DNA of 64,000 nucleotides from Escherichia coli (GTDB lineage Bacteria; Pseudomonadota; Gammaproteobacteria; Enterobacterales; Enterobacteriaceae): NCBI RefSeq assembly GCF_003019035.1, contig NZ_CP027447.1; one strand, 5' to 3'. Shown piece by piece: positions 23,331 to 37,490 of this stretch (position 1 is its first letter; each line of letters starts with the position of its first letter). The notes under the pieces were generated by a model. It saw only the letters and a program-made list of their open reading frames with translations, ran no database searches and was not told where the DNA came from. The position numbers and the translations under genes were made by a program.

Positions 23331-24256
23331 TAATAAACTGAACGCCCTAATTGTTTCGTCAATTGTTCAAGGACGGCAATGCCCGCAAGCGAGTTACCTG
23401 CATCGTCCAGTTCCGGACTCCAGACTGCGATGGCCATTTCATGCGGAACAATCGCCACAATACCGCCACCAACGCCAGATTTCGCCGGTAGTCCCACCCG
23501 CCAGGCAAACTCCCCCGCGTTCTGGTACATACCACTGGTCGCCATCAGCGCGTTAATTTGCCGCGCCTGCATTGGCGTCACCACAGGTTCATCAATATGA
23601 ATAGCTTTACCCTGATTAGCCAGAAAGACAAACGTCCTGGCCAGCTCTATACAGCTCATTTTCAGAGCGCAGTAATGAAAGTAGTTTTGCAGAACGGTTG
23701 TCACGTCATGATGGAAATTGCCAAACGACTTCATCAGCCAGGCGATAGCCGCATTTCGCGCGGAGTGTTCAAATTCGGAACGCGCTACCACCGTATCGTA
23801 GGAAATATCAGACACACCGCTTAAGCCGCGCACGACTTCCAGCATACGTTGCCGAGGAGCGCTTAATCGCCCTTGCAACATATCGCAGACCACCAGCGCA
23901 CCGGCATTAATAAACGGATTACGCGGAATACCCTGCTCCATTTCCAGTTGCACTAAAGAATTGAACGGTGATCCAGATGGATCTTTGCCGACGCGTTGCC
24001 AGATTTCCTCTTCGGAGTAATGACGCATGGCGACAACGAGACTCAGCACTTTGGAAATAGACTGAATGGAAAAACGTTCTTGTGCGTCTCCGGCCTGAAA
24101 AAGCTGTCCGTCGACGGTACAGATAGCAATGCCCAGCCGGGAACCGTCTACCGTAGCCAGCGCCGGAATATAATCCGCGACTTTACCCTGACCAATGAGC
24201 GGCCGCACTTGCCGCAAGATGTTTTCTAAAATTGCATTATCCATGGCGACTGCCAC
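23330..24256 (-). CDS. glsB: Glutaminase 2
   Basis: Serine-dependent glutaminase family, 308 aa. Confidence 0.9.
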
Positions 24257-24319
24257 TTTCTACTCCTGGACCGCAGGTCTGAAAAGACCTGCGAGTATAT
24301 CAGAGCTGAATATGTCGCG

Positions 24320-25708
24320 TCAGATCCGGTCTTTCCACACCGTCTGGATATTACAGAATTCGTGTAAGCCGAAATGGGAAAGCTCACGACCAAAGCCACT
24401 CTTCTTCACGCCACCAAAGGCGACTCGCGCATCGCTGGCACAATAACCATTGATAAACACCCCACCGCATTCCAGACGTGCCGCCATCTGTCTGGCCTGT
24501 GTTTCGTCAGTGGTAAAAATGGTCGCTGAAAGGCCGAACTCGCTATCATTAGCCAGTTCCAGTGCATGTTCTGCATCTTTCGCAATGGTGATTGCCGCAA
24601 CGGGGCCAAACATTTCTTCCCGAAACGCGGTCATTTCTGGGGTAACATTCGCCAGAACCGTTGGCGGATAGTAGTTACCTGCCCCAGCCATCTTTTCCCC
24701 GCCCAGTAACAAACGCGCACCCTGCGCCAGGGTTTTCTCCACCTGATGATGCAGCTCATCACGTAAATCAAAACGAGCCATTGGTCCGAGAGTGTTCTCT
24801 TCGTCACGGGGATCGCCCATTTTCAAGGCTGCCGCAGCTGCCACAAAACGTTCGGTAAATGCCGAAGCAATTCCCTCTTCGATGATAAAGCGTTTTGCCG
24901 CTGCACAAACCTGTCCGGTATTCTGATAACGTCCGGCTACCGCCGCTTTAACCGCCAGTTCCAGATCGGCATCGTTAAGCACAATAAATGGATCCGAACC
25001 GCCCAGTTCCAGTACGCATTTTTTCAGTGCCGCTCCAGCCTGTGTGCCAATAGCCGCTCCCGCACGAACACTTCCGGTCACCGTGACAGCAGCAATGCGC
25101 GAGTCTTTAATCATCTGACTGACGCCGTCGTTGTCGGCATTCAGCCAGCCATATACGCCTTGTGGGATACCCGCATCTTTAAACACCTGGGCAATGAGCT
25201 GTGCACAGCCCATCACATTCGGCGCATGTTTAAGTAAGTAGCCGTTACCTGCAAGAATGATGGGAACCGCGCCACGCATCACCTGCCATAACGGAAAATT
25301 CCACGGCATAATCGCCAGAATTGTCCCCAACGGTCGATACTCAATAACTGCCTGCTGATTTTCCACCAGCGTAGGTTCCGCCTTCAGCATTGCCGGACCA
25401 TGTTCTGCATACCAGTCACACAAATTCGCCGATTTCGCCACTTCAGCGCGCGCCTGGTTGATTGGTTTGCCCATTTCACGGGTGATCATTTGCGCCATTT
25501 CTTCGCTACGGACACGCAGAGCCTTACCGATATCACGCAGTTTTTCAGCACGATAATCTATATTTGTCTCGCGCCAGTCGCGAAAGCCTGCTGCCGCCAG
25601 CTGAAGTGCGTTTTCGATATCATCAGCGCCAGCCCACGGCAGCACATAAAGTTGTTCACCGGTGGCAGGATTTATCGAAATTGCATGAGTTGCCGGAGTA
25701 ATGGTCAT
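24320..25708 (-). CDS. sad: NAD-dependent succinate-semialdehyde dehydrogenase Sad (YneI)
   Basis: Aldehyde dehydrogenase family with catalytic Cys/Glu motifs; 462 aa. Confidence 0.9.
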   Translation of the reverse strand: MTITPATHAISINPATGEQLYVLPWAGADDIENALQLAAAGFRDWRETNIDYRAEKLRDIGKALRVRSEEMAQMITREMGKPINQARAEVAKSANLCDWYAEHGPAMLKAEPTLVENQQAVIEYRPLGTILAIMPWNFPLWQVMRGAVPIILAGNGYLLKHAPNVMGCAQLIAQVFKDAGIPQGVYGWLNADNDGVSQMIKDSRIAAVTVTGSVRAGAAIGTQAGAALKKCVLELGGSDPFIVLNDADLELAVKAAVAGRYQNTGQVCAAAKRFIIEEGIASAFTERFVAAAAALKMGDPRDEENTLGPMARFDLRDELHHQVEKTLAQGARLLLGGEKMAGAGNYYPPTVLANVTPEMTAFREEMFGPVAAITIAKDAEHALELANDSEFGLSATIFTTDETQARQMAARLECGGVFINGYCASDARVAFGGVKKSGFGRELSHFGLHEFCNIQTVWKDRI

Positions 25709-25808
25709 CGGGGTATCTCCTTTATGAGTTATGGTAAAAAGATACGCAGATTTACTCTTGCTTGAAAATGAATAATATTAAGCCACTTATTCACGAATCG
25801 AGAATATT

Positions 25809-26690
25809 ATGGATCTGACCCAACTGGAGATGTTCAACGCGGTTGCCGAAGCTGGCAGCATTACCCAGGCTGCAGCAAAAGTGCATCGCGTGCCGTCGAA
25901 TCTCACTACCCGTCTACGCCAGCTGGAAACAGAACTGGGGATTGATCTGTTTATTCGCGAGAATCAGCGTTTACGTCTCTCGCCTGCCGGGCATAACTTT
26001 TTACGCTATAGCCAACAAATTCTCGCGTTAGTGGATGAAGCGCGGAGCGTTGTCGCTGGCGATGAGCCGCAAGGTTTATTTTCTCTTGGTTCGCTGGAAA
26101 GCACCGCTGCAGTGCGCATTCCGGCCACGCTGGCGGAATTCAACCGTCGATATCCCAAAATTCAGTTTTCACTTTCCACCGGCCCTTCCGGCACTATGCT
26201 GGAAGGGGTGCTGGAGGGAAAACTGAATGCAGCGTTTATTGATGGGCCCATTAACCATACTGCCATTGACGGGATACCGGTGTACCGCGAGGAGCTGATG
26301 ATCGTCACGCCACAAGGACATGCGCCAGTAACCCGCGCCAGTCAGGTAAATGGCAGTAACATTTATGCCTTCCGCGCCAATTGTTCGTATCGTCGCCACT
26401 TCGAGAGCTGGTTTCATGCTGACGGTGCCGCTCCGGGAACTATCCATGAGATGGAGTCGTATCACGGGATGTTGGCCTGTGTGGTCGCAGGAGCAGGCAT
26501 TGCGCTTATTCCACGCTCTATGCTGGAAAGTATGCCGGGGCATCACCAGGTTGAAGCGTGGCCGTTAGCTGAGCAATGGCGTTGGTTAACAACCTGGCTG
26601 GTCTGGCGTCGCGGTGCGAAAACGCGTCCGCTCGAGGCATTTATTCAACTGCTGGATGTGCCTGACTCGGCAAAACAGGGTTACCAATGA
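25809..26690 (+). CDS. yneJ: LysR-type transcriptional regulator YneJ
   Basis: N-terminal LysR HTH plus substrate-binding domain; divergent from sad. Confidence 0.85.
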   Translation: MDLTQLEMFNAVAEAGSITQAAAKVHRVPSNLTTRLRQLETELGIDLFIRENQRLRLSPAGHNFLRYSQQILALVDEARSVVAGDEPQGLFSLGSLESTAAVRIPATLAEFNRRYPKIQFSLSTGPSGTMLEGVLEGKLNAAFIDGPINHTAIDGIPVYREELMIVTPQGHAPVTRASQVNGSNIYAFRANCSYRRHFESWFHADGAAPGTIHEMESYHGMLACVVAGAGIALIPRSMLESMPGHHQVEAWPLAEQWRWLTTWLVWRRGAKTRPLEAFIQLLDVPDSAKQGYQ

Positions 26691-26767
26691 GCTATTTTTG
26701 ATAGTTCTTGCGGCTAATATGCTCTATATAGTGATGTTCCGATGACTTATGACTATATGGGGCAAAT

Positions 26768-27883
26768 ATGGTTACGCCAGTAAGCATCAGCAATTACATA
26801 TCTCTTCCTGATGATTTTCCCGTACGTAATATTGCACCGCAGGTAAAAGAAGTTTTAAAGGATTTCATTGATGCACTTAGTACAATAATATGTGATGAAG
26901 AATGGCGCACGTCTTTAAACATCAACTCAGCCACAAAAAAGATATTTAATAACCTTGACAACTTATCATATATTCAGAGGACTTCTTTTCGGGGTAACGA
27001 CACGCTATACAATGAAAAGGTTCAGTTTAAACTCACTTATCCCGTCAAGAATGGAAGACACAAAGAAAATATTGAATTTCAGGTAGTAATAAATTTAAGC
27101 CCTATTTATTTAGATAATTTCCGCCATGATGGGGAAATTAATATTTTTTGCGCTCCCAACCCAAAGCCTGTCACTATGGGGCGCGTATTTCAGACCGGCG
27201 TCGAGCGTGTGCTCTTTCTGTTTCTGAATGACTTTATAGAACAATTTCCAATAATCAACCCTGGCGTTCCTATCAAAAGAGCGCATACGCCACATATTGA
27301 ACCCCTGCATCCGGATCACCATACCGCTGCAGATTACATACGCCAGTTTGATTTGCTTGTCCTGAATTTTATCTCTCGCGGTAATTTTGTCATACTCCCC
27401 CGATTATGGAATAACTCTGAGGTTCACAGATGGTTCGGGAATAAAGAACCTAACTTGCTCACCGCTATTCTCGACATAACGGACAGCGAATTAAAAGAGG
27501 ATTTATTGCAAAGTCTGATGGATTCACTAGGTTCTAACAAACATGTATTACCCGAAGTCTGCATCTGCTTTTTATCCCTTTTAGCAGAACAAGATTTTCC
27601 ACATTTTCAGGAGTTGTTTTTATTTTTCGCCAATATGTTATTGCACTATCACCAATTTATGAAACCCAATGAAAGTGATTTGATTGACGTGTTGATGCCA
27701 GCATCATTAAGTGATGATAAAATTATCAAACATATGGCGCGCAAGACCCTCAAACTTTTTGTAAAAAATGAAACGCCGCCAAAAGTTACTCATGAAGACC
27801 TGGTGAAAAACAGGCCTCGCTCCCCTGTCAGACCACCTATACCCGCAACCTCCAAAACGCCAGACCTCCCTGAACGTCATTAA
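26768..27883 (+). CDS. yneK: YneK, uncharacterised 371-aa protein
   Basis: Long ORF with plausible start context; AT-rich codon usage; no domain I can recognise. Confidence 0.7.
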   Translation: MVTPVSISNYISLPDDFPVRNIAPQVKEVLKDFIDALSTIICDEEWRTSLNINSATKKIFNNLDNLSYIQRTSFRGNDTLYNEKVQFKLTYPVKNGRHKENIEFQVVINLSPIYLDNFRHDGEINIFCAPNPKPVTMGRVFQTGVERVLFLFLNDFIEQFPIINPGVPIKRAHTPHIEPLHPDHHTAADYIRQFDLLVLNFISRGNFVILPRLWNNSEVHRWFGNKEPNLLTAILDITDSELKEDLLQSLMDSLGSNKHVLPEVCICFLSLLAEQDFPHFQELFLFFANMLLHYHQFMKPNESDLIDVLMPASLSDDKIIKHMARKTLKLFVKNETPPKVTHEDLVKNRPRSPVRPPIPATSKTPDLPERH

Positions 27884-28032
27884 ACCGTGATGTGACCGAC
27901 TCTCTGACGCGTGAAAGAATCAGCGTCAGAGAAACGGAAAACGCGATCCAGATCACAAATGCATTGTATTCACATCATTAACCGTTTTAAGATCATTTCA
28001 TCACTTTTTCGCAACTCACCCGATAATCTGTT

Positions 28033-29223
28033 ATGACAACAAACACTGTTTCCCGCAAAGTGGCGTGGCTACGGGTCGTTACGCTGGCAGTCGCCGCCTT
28101 CATCTTCAACACCACCGAATTTGTCCCAGTTGGCCTGCTCTCTGACATTGCGCAAAGTTTTCACATGCAAACCGCTCAGGTCGGCATTATGTTGACCATT
28201 TACGCATGGGTAGTAGCGCTAATGTCATTGCCTTTTATGTTAATGACCAGCCAGGTTGAACGGCGCAAATTACTGATCTGCCTGTTTGTGGTGTTTATTG
28301 CCAGCCACGTACTGTCGTTTTTATCGTGGAGTTTTACCGTTCTGGTGATCAGTCGCATTGGTGTGGCTTTTGCACATGCGATTTTCTGGTCGATTACGGC
28401 GTCTCTGGCGATCCGTATGGCTCCGGCCGGGAAGCGAGCACAGGCATTGAGTTTAATTGCCACCGGTACTGCACTGGCGATGGTCTTAGGTTTACCTCTC
28501 GGGCGCATTGTGGGCCAGTATTTCGGTTGGCGAATGACCTTCTTCGCGATTGGTATCGGGGCGCTTATCACCCTTTTGTGCCTGATTAAGTTACTTCCCT
28601 TATTGCCCAGTGAGCATTCCGGTTCGCTGAAAAGCCTCCCGCTATTATTCCGCCGCCCGGCATTGATGAGCATTTATTTGTTAACTGTGGTGGTTGTCAC
28701 CGCCCATTACACGGCATACAGCTATATCGAGCCTTTTGTACAAAACATTGCGGGATTCAGCGCCAACTTTGCCACGGCATTACTGTTATTACTCGGTGGT
28801 GCGGGCATTATTGGCAGCGTGATTTTCGGTAAACTGGGTAATCAGTATGCGTCTGGGTTGGTGAGTACGGCGATTGCACTGTTGCTGGTGTGCCTGGCAC
28901 TGCTGCTACCTGCGGCGAACAGTGAAATACACCTCGGGGTGCTGAGTATTTTCTGGGGGATCGCGATGATGATCATCGGGCTTGGTATGCAGGTTAAAGT
29001 GCTGGCGCTGGCACCAGATGCTACCGACGTCGCGATGGCGCTATTCTCCGGGATATTTAATATTGGAATCGGCGCGGGTGCGTTGGTAGGTAATCAGGTA
29101 AGTCTGCACTGGTCAATGTCGATGATTGGTTATGTGGGCGCGGTGCCTGCCTTTGCCGCGTTAATATGGTCAATCATCATTTTCCGCCGCTGGCCAGTGA
29201 CACTCGAAGAACAGACGCAATAG
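28033..29223 (+). CDS. ydeA: MFS sugar efflux transporter YdeA
   Basis: 12-TM major facilitator, 396 aa. Confidence 0.9.
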   Translation: MTTNTVSRKVAWLRVVTLAVAAFIFNTTEFVPVGLLSDIAQSFHMQTAQVGIMLTIYAWVVALMSLPFMLMTSQVERRKLLICLFVVFIASHVLSFLSWSFTVLVISRIGVAFAHAIFWSITASLAIRMAPAGKRAQALSLIATGTALAMVLGLPLGRIVGQYFGWRMTFFAIGIGALITLLCLIKLLPLLPSEHSGSLKSLPLLFRRPALMSIYLLTVVVVTAHYTAYSYIEPFVQNIAGFSANFATALLLLLGGAGIIGSVIFGKLGNQYASGLVSTAIALLLVCLALLLPAANSEIHLGVLSIFWGIAMMIIGLGMQVKVLALAPDATDVAMALFSGIFNIGIGAGALVGNQVSLHWSMSMIGYVGAVPAFAALIWSIIIFRRWPVTLEEQTQ

Positions 29224-29226
29224 TTG

Positions 29227-29249
29227 AAAGGCCCATTTGGGCCTTTTTT
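29227..29249. terminator. Bidirectional terminator between ydeA and marC
   Basis: AAAGGCCCA-TTT-GGGCCTTT hairpin followed by TTTTTTA on the plus strand; overlaps the marC stop. Confidence 0.55.
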
Positions 29250-29913
29250 AGTGGTACGTTTTAATGATTTCCAGGATGCCGTTAATAATAAACTGCACCC
29301 CCATACATACCAGCAGGAATCCCATCAGACGGGAGATCGCTTCAATGCCCCCCTTACCCACCAGCCGCATAATTGCGCCAGAGCTGCGTAGACTTCCCCA
29401 CAAAATAACCGCCACCAGGAAAAAGATCAGCGGCGGCGCAACCATCAGTACCCAATCAGCAAAGGTTGAACTCTGACGCACTGTGGACGCCGAGCTAATA
29501 ATCATCGCTATGGTTCCCGGACCCGCGGTACTTGGCATTGCCAGTGGTACAAAAGCAATATTGGCGCTGGGTTCATCTTCCAGCTCTTCCGACTTGCTTT
29601 TCGCTTCCGGTGAATCAATCGCTTTCTGTTGCGGAAAGAGCATCCGAAAACCGATAAACGCGACGATTAAGCCGCCTGCAATTCGCAGGCCGGGAATCGA
29701 AATGCCAAATGTATCCATCACCAGTTGCCCGGCGTAATACGCCACCATCATGATGGCAAATACGTACACCGAGGCCATCAACGACTGACGATTACGTTCA
29801 GCACTGTTCATGTTGCCTGCCAGGCCAAGAAATAACGCGACAGTTGTTAATGGGTTAGCTAACGGTAGTAACACCACCAGCCCCAGGCCTATTGCTTTAA
29901 ACAAATCTAACAT
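29248..29913 (-). CDS. marC: MarC inner-membrane protein
   Basis: UPF0056/MarC family, 221 aa; divergent from marRAB. Confidence 0.9.
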   Translation of the reverse strand: MLDLFKAIGLGLVVLLPLANPLTTVALFLGLAGNMNSAERNRQSLMASVYVFAIMMVAYYAGQLVMDTFGISIPGLRIAGGLIVAFIGFRMLFPQQKAIDSPEAKSKSEELEDEPSANIAFVPLAMPSTAGPGTIAMIISSASTVRQSSTFADWVLMVAPPLIFFLVAVILWGSLRSSGAIMRLVGKGGIEAISRLMGFLLVCMGVQFIINGILEIIKTYH

Positions 29914-30025
29914 TGGTGGTTGTTATCCTGTGTATCTGGTTTATCAGCGAAAAGTATAAGGGGTAAACAAGGATAAAGTGTCACTCTTTAGCTAACCTTG
30001 CATCGCACTGACCAAAACTTGAACC

Positions 30026-30119
30026 GATTTAGCAAAACGTGGCATCGGTCAATTCATTCATTTGACTTATACTTGCCTGGGCAATATTATCCCCTGCAAC
30101 TAATTACTTGCCAGGGCAA
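30026..30119 (+). promoter_or_regulatory. marO: marbox, marRAB promoter and two MarR operator sites
   Basis: marbox GATTTAGCAAAACGTGGCATCGGTC 30026-30050; -35 TTGACT 30062-30067; -10 TATTAT 30085-30090 (17-nt spacer); MarR site I TTGCCTGGGCAA 30073-30084; site II TTGCCAGGGCAA 30108-30119. Confidence 0.85.
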
Positions 30120-30124
30120 CTAAT

Positions 30125-30559
30125 GTGAAAAGTACCAGCGATCTGTTCAATGAAATTATTCCATTGGGTCGCTTAATCCATATGGTTAATCAGAAGAAAG
30201 ATCGCCTGCTTAACGAGTATCTGTCTCCGCTGGATATTACCGCGGCACAGTTTAAGGTGCTCTGCTCTATCCGCTGCGCGGAGTGTATTACTCCGGTTGA
30301 ACTGAAAAAGGTATTGTCGGTCGACCTGGGGGCGCTGACCCGTATGCTGGATCGCCTGGTCTGTAAAGGCTGGGTGGAAAGGTTGCCGAACCCGAATGAC
30401 AAGCGCGGCGTACTGGTAAAACTTACCACCAGCGGCGCGGCAATATGTGAACAATGCCATCAATTAGTTGGCCAGGACCTGCATCAAGAATTAACAAAAA
30501 ACCTGACGGCGGACGAAGTGGCAACACTTGAGCATTTGCTTAAGAAAGTCCTGCCGTAA
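30125..30559 (+). CDS. marR: MarR repressor (GTG start, 144 aa)
   Basis: Full-length MarR; compared with the K-12 sequence as I recall it, differs at residues 53, 103 and 137. Confidence 0.95.
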
Positions 30560-30573
30560 ACAAAAAAAGAGGT

Positions 30574-30963
30574 ATGACGATGTCCAGACGCAATACTGAC
30601 GCTATTACCATTCATAGCATTTTGGACTGGATCGAGGACAACCTGGAATCGCCACTGTCACTGGAGAAAGTGTCAGAGCGTTCGGGTTACTCCAAATGGC
30701 ACCTGCAACGGATGTTTAAAAAAGAAACCGGTCATTCATTAGGCCAATACATCCGCAGCCGTAAGATGACGGAAATCGCGCAAAAGCTGAAGGAAAGTAA
30801 CGAGCCGATACTCTATCTGGCAGAACGATATGGCTTCGAGTCGCAACAAACTCTGACCCGAACCTTCAAAAATTACTTTGATGTTCCGCCGCATAAATAC
30901 CGGATGACCAATATGCAGGGCGAATCGCGCTTTTTACATCCATTAAATCATTACAACAGCTAG
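30574..30963 (+). CDS. marA: MarA AraC/XylS-family activator (alternative start at 30580 would give 127 aa)
   Basis: Two HTH motifs; sequence recognised as MarA. Confidence 0.95.
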
Positions 30964-30994
30964 TTGAAAACGTGACAACGTCACTGAGGCAATC

Positions 30995-31213
30995 ATGAAA
31001 CCACTTTTATCCGCAATAGCAGCTGCGCTTATTCTCTTTTCCGCGCAGGGCGTTGCGGAACAAACCACGCAGCAGTTTGTTACTTCCTGTGCCAATGTCG
31101 TGGTTGTTCCCCCATCGCAGGAACAACCACCGTTTGATTTAAATCACATGGGTACTGGCAGTGATAAGTCGGATGCGCTCGGCGTGCCCTATTATAATCA
31201 ACACGCTATGTAG
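30995..31213 (+). CDS. marB: MarB periplasmic protein (72 aa)
   Basis: Signal peptide MKPLLSAIAAALILFSAQGVA; last gene of marRAB. Confidence 0.9.
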   Translation: MKPLLSAIAAALILFSAQGVAEQTTQQFVTSCANVVVVPPSQEQPPFDLNHMGTGSDKSDALGVPYYNQHAM

Positions 31214-31218
31214 TTATT

Positions 31219-31244
31219 GTCAGGCTCTGATCACAGAGCCTGAC
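31219..31244. terminator. Hairpin between convergent marB and the phospho-beta-glucosidase gene
   Basis: 11-bp perfect stem GTCAGGCTCTG / CAGAGCCTGAC; U-tract weak on both strands. Confidence 0.4.
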
Positions 31245-31269
31245 ATCTCCGTAATATCTTCCTGAAGTC

Positions 31270-34410
<3,141 letters not shown>

Positions 34411-34462
34411 TTATCCTTAAGAGTGTAATAATTTCCTCCAGCTATCGCACTGGAGGAAAAAA

Positions 34463-34780
34463 TCAGGCATGGAGCTCTTTTCTTAATGAAATAATTTCCC
34501 TGGCTAAATCCTGGCATAATATTGCATTCATCAAATGATCCTGTGCATGAACCAGAATTAAATTAACTTCTATTTTGCCACAGCCTTCATCCTGACTAAT
34601 TAACGCGGTCTGAATCTTATGCGCCTGAAGACAGGCGGATTCAGAACTGGCCATTAGCTGAGTTGCGCCCTGCCAGTCTTTTTGCCCGGCACAACGTATG
34701 GCTTCCATCGCATCAGAACGGGCCTGTCCTGCGTTGACCAGTAACTCCATAACAAGTTCTTCATCTGCAAACATCAACAT
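34463..34780 (-). CDS. PTS lactose/cellobiose-family EIIA component (105 aa)
   Basis: Small helical IIA-lac-type protein; operon context with IIB and IIC. Confidence 0.8.
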   Translation of the reverse strand: MLMFADEELVMELLVNAGQARSDAMEAIRCAGQKDWQGATQLMASSESACLQAHKIQTALISQDEGCGKIEVNLILVHAQDHLMNAILCQDLAREIISLRKELHA

Positions 34781-34801
34781 CTCCTTCCTGTGTAAATGGC
34801 A

Positions 34802-36124
34802 TTATCCGTTAGTTGTTAAGTTATTGACCTTGTTGGCGGCAATAACAAAAGGTAAATAGATCATTGTCGCCACACCTAAACATAAAAAACCCACCAGTAA
34901 CGCCAGCCAGTTTCCCCCGGTTCCGAGGAAAGCAATTAAAGGTCCGGGCGTAGTCCAGGGCACGGCATAAGCAACCGGTGGAATAATTTCCATCGAAACA
35001 AAGAAGTAACCAATGGCACAGTTAACAATAGGAACCATAATAAACGGCACCATCATGATGGGGTTAAGTACAATAGGAAGGCCGAACATTATCGGTTCAT
35101 TGATATTGAAAATACCGGGGATAAATGACATTTTTGCCAGATCACGGTATTCCGCACGCTTAGAAGCGATAAAAATAGCCAACAATAACCCCAACGTCAT
35201 ACCTGAACCGCCGCAGTTGGCGAATGCATCATTAATAGAAGTCCAGGTAATCGGATATGGCGCGCCCCAGGTAGTACCGTGTTGAGCGGCCCAGGAGAGA
35301 TTCTCCAGATTAGCCTCAGAAAAAACGGTTTCTCGAATTGCCGACGTTGTATTAGGTCCGTGGATCCCCAGCACCCAGAGGAAATTACCCACAGCCCCCA
35401 GGATAATTACCGCAAAGATATTCGTTCCCATATGTTTGAGCGGCGTCTGGATTAATGTGTAAATGAGGTCGTTTAATCCTGCCGGGGATATCAGTGTCAG
35501 GCAATAATTAAGTGCGGAAAAGAACACCATGACAAAAAATATTGGCAATAAAACTTTAAATGAACGCGCTACCGCAGGAGGTACAGCTGCCGGCATCGTG
35601 ATGGTGATTTTGGGGTTTCGAGCTAAGCGACAAAATATTTCACTGGTGATCAGTGCAACGATAACAGCAACAAATAACCCCTGCGCGCCGAGATATTTGG
35701 TCGTCAGGAATGCTTGCCCATCTATCATCTGATATGGCGTATATACAATAAAAAATGCTCCTATTGCCGTTAATCCGCATAAAAGATCATCTTGCTCATA
35801 GCTAATCGCCATATTCCTGGCGACCAGGAAAGCAATCATAATTGACATGATATTTACAGAACCATTCATTACCGGAGTAAAAATAGCTTGTGCTTTTTCA
35901 AGGTTGGGGAAAACGCTGTTCAGATGCAGCAGCCCGGCAATAAAGCCGTCGGGCGATAATATGGCAAAGTTAATTAATATAATTAATGAGCTTGCCATGA
36001 TAATTGGAAACGTAAAAACGAATCCATCTCTCACCGCTGCAACATGTTTTTGTGAGTTTAACTTGATAGCAACTGGAACAAGAAAACGTTCCATTCCACG
36101 TTCGAATGAGGCCATTAATCCCAT
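34802..36124 (-). CDS. PTS lactose/cellobiose-family EIIC permease (440 aa)
   Basis: Polytopic membrane protein with IIC-cellobiose architecture. Confidence 0.85.
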   Translation of the reverse strand: MGLMASFERGMERFLVPVAIKLNSQKHVAAVRDGFVFTFPIIMASSLIILINFAILSPDGFIAGLLHLNSVFPNLEKAQAIFTPVMNGSVNIMSIMIAFLVARNMAISYEQDDLLCGLTAIGAFFIVYTPYQMIDGQAFLTTKYLGAQGLFVAVIVALITSEIFCRLARNPKITITMPAAVPPAVARSFKVLLPIFFVMVFFSALNYCLTLISPAGLNDLIYTLIQTPLKHMGTNIFAVIILGAVGNFLWVLGIHGPNTTSAIRETVFSEANLENLSWAAQHGTTWGAPYPITWTSINDAFANCGGSGMTLGLLLAIFIASKRAEYRDLAKMSFIPGIFNINEPIMFGLPIVLNPIMMVPFIMVPIVNCAIGYFFVSMEIIPPVAYAVPWTTPGPLIAFLGTGGNWLALLVGFLCLGVATMIYLPFVIAANKVNNLTTNG

Positions 36125-36237
36125 TTTTTATACCTGTTGTTTTGGATATTTATACATCCCAATAAAGCATGTATGCCATATCCATTTTATGATGTGTGAA
36201 AAGTTAGTTCAGGTAATAGTTTAATAAAATTAGATTC

Positions 36238-36549
36238 TTACTGTTGCAGTAGTTTCATCGCAAATTCAAGAACTGCCTGTCCGTTCATGGTGCCATAGTC
36301 TTTCATCTCGATAACAGCTACAGGCATTTTCCCCTGTGCAACAGCTTCAATCTCTGGTTTCTGAAAGCGAACTTGCGGGCCAAGTAAAACAACGTCAACT
36401 TCGTTATTTTTAATTTTCCCTTTAGCCTCTGCAATCGCCAATGCGGAAATATTAACTTCAAGTGAAATAGCGTTAGCATGATCAATCATACGTTTAACCA
36501 GCATACTGGTTGACATGCCCGCAGCGCAAACTAACAATATCTTTTTCAT
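36238..36549 (-). CDS. PTS lactose/cellobiose-family EIIB component (103 aa)
   Basis: N-terminal MKKILLVCAAGMSTS with phosphorylatable Cys typical of IIB-cellobiose. Confidence 0.85.
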   Translation of the reverse strand: MKKILLVCAAGMSTSMLVKRMIDHANAISLEVNISALAIAEAKGKIKNNEVDVVLLGPQVRFQKPEIEAVAQGKMPVAVIEMKDYGTMNGQAVLEFAMKLLQQ

Positions 36550-36747
36550 ATTTTCCCTTACTGGTATATAACAGATTACATTGTGTAAATATCATATCCC
36601 GCAGTAGCTATACGTCCTGGTACATTGATCACAGTAATACAGCACTAAAGTTGTTCAACATCAGGGTGATAATTAAACGACTCGGCCATAGGATAAACCA
36701 ATCAGGACTCAACTCCTTGTTTTCAATGGCTCTTAAAAGGTGCAAAA

Positions 36748-37446
36748 GTGATTTTTCAAAAGATTGCCCGCTTACTTAAATCCGAGATCAATGGCTATTC
36801 ATGGCATGTTGGTGATTTGTTGCCGTCAGAAGCTGAACTCGCTGTTCGTTATAATGTTTCGCGTAATACCCTGCGTAAGGCATTATCCTTGCTGGAAGGC
36901 GAAGGAATTATTCATAGAAAGCATGGTTCAGGAACATACATTCAAAAAAAGAATTTTGTTGCACACATTGATCACATGAACAGTTTCAGTGAAATTGCGC
37001 ATAAAAGCGGCAAAGAGGCAGGGAGTCAGATTATGAAATTTGAAGTGCAGGATGCTTCTCCCCCTATTGCGACTGAGCTGAATTTAGTGACTGGTGAGCA
37101 GGTTTATTACATAAAGAGACTGCGATTCATTGAGGATAATGCAGCACAATTAGAAGAAACGTGGATGTCAGTGGCACGTTTTCCTGATTTAACCGTAGCA
37201 CATATGCAAAAATCCAAATTTTCGTATATTGAGAACGAATGCGGGATCAAAATCATTGGCACCTTTGAAACTTTCTCCCCGACTTTTCCTACCCCAGAAA
37301 TCGCCAGTATTTTACGGATCAGCCCACGGGATCCCATACTTAAAATTCAGACCCAGGCTGTGGACAGTAACTCTATTCCGCTGGATTATTCGTTACTTTA
37401 CAGCAATATTTTCGAGTTCCAGGTAAAGTACTTTTTCCCGCGATAA
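36748..37446 (+). CDS. GntR/HutC-family transcriptional regulator (GTG start)
   Basis: N-terminal GntR HTH (…LPSEAELAVRYNVSRNTLRKAL…) plus UTRA effector domain; divergent from the PTS operon. Confidence 0.8.
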   Translation: MIFQKIARLLKSEINGYSWHVGDLLPSEAELAVRYNVSRNTLRKALSLLEGEGIIHRKHGSGTYIQKKNFVAHIDHMNSFSEIAHKSGKEAGSQIMKFEVQDASPPIATELNLVTGEQVYYIKRLRFIEDNAAQLEETWMSVARFPDLTVAHMQKSKFSYIENECGIKIIGTFETFSPTFPTPEIASILRISPRDPILKIQTQAVDSNSIPLDYSLLYSNIFEFQVKYFFPR

Positions 37447-37490
37447 AAGCAGACGCACAGAGTGCTGGCATCACATTCTGTGCGTATGGT

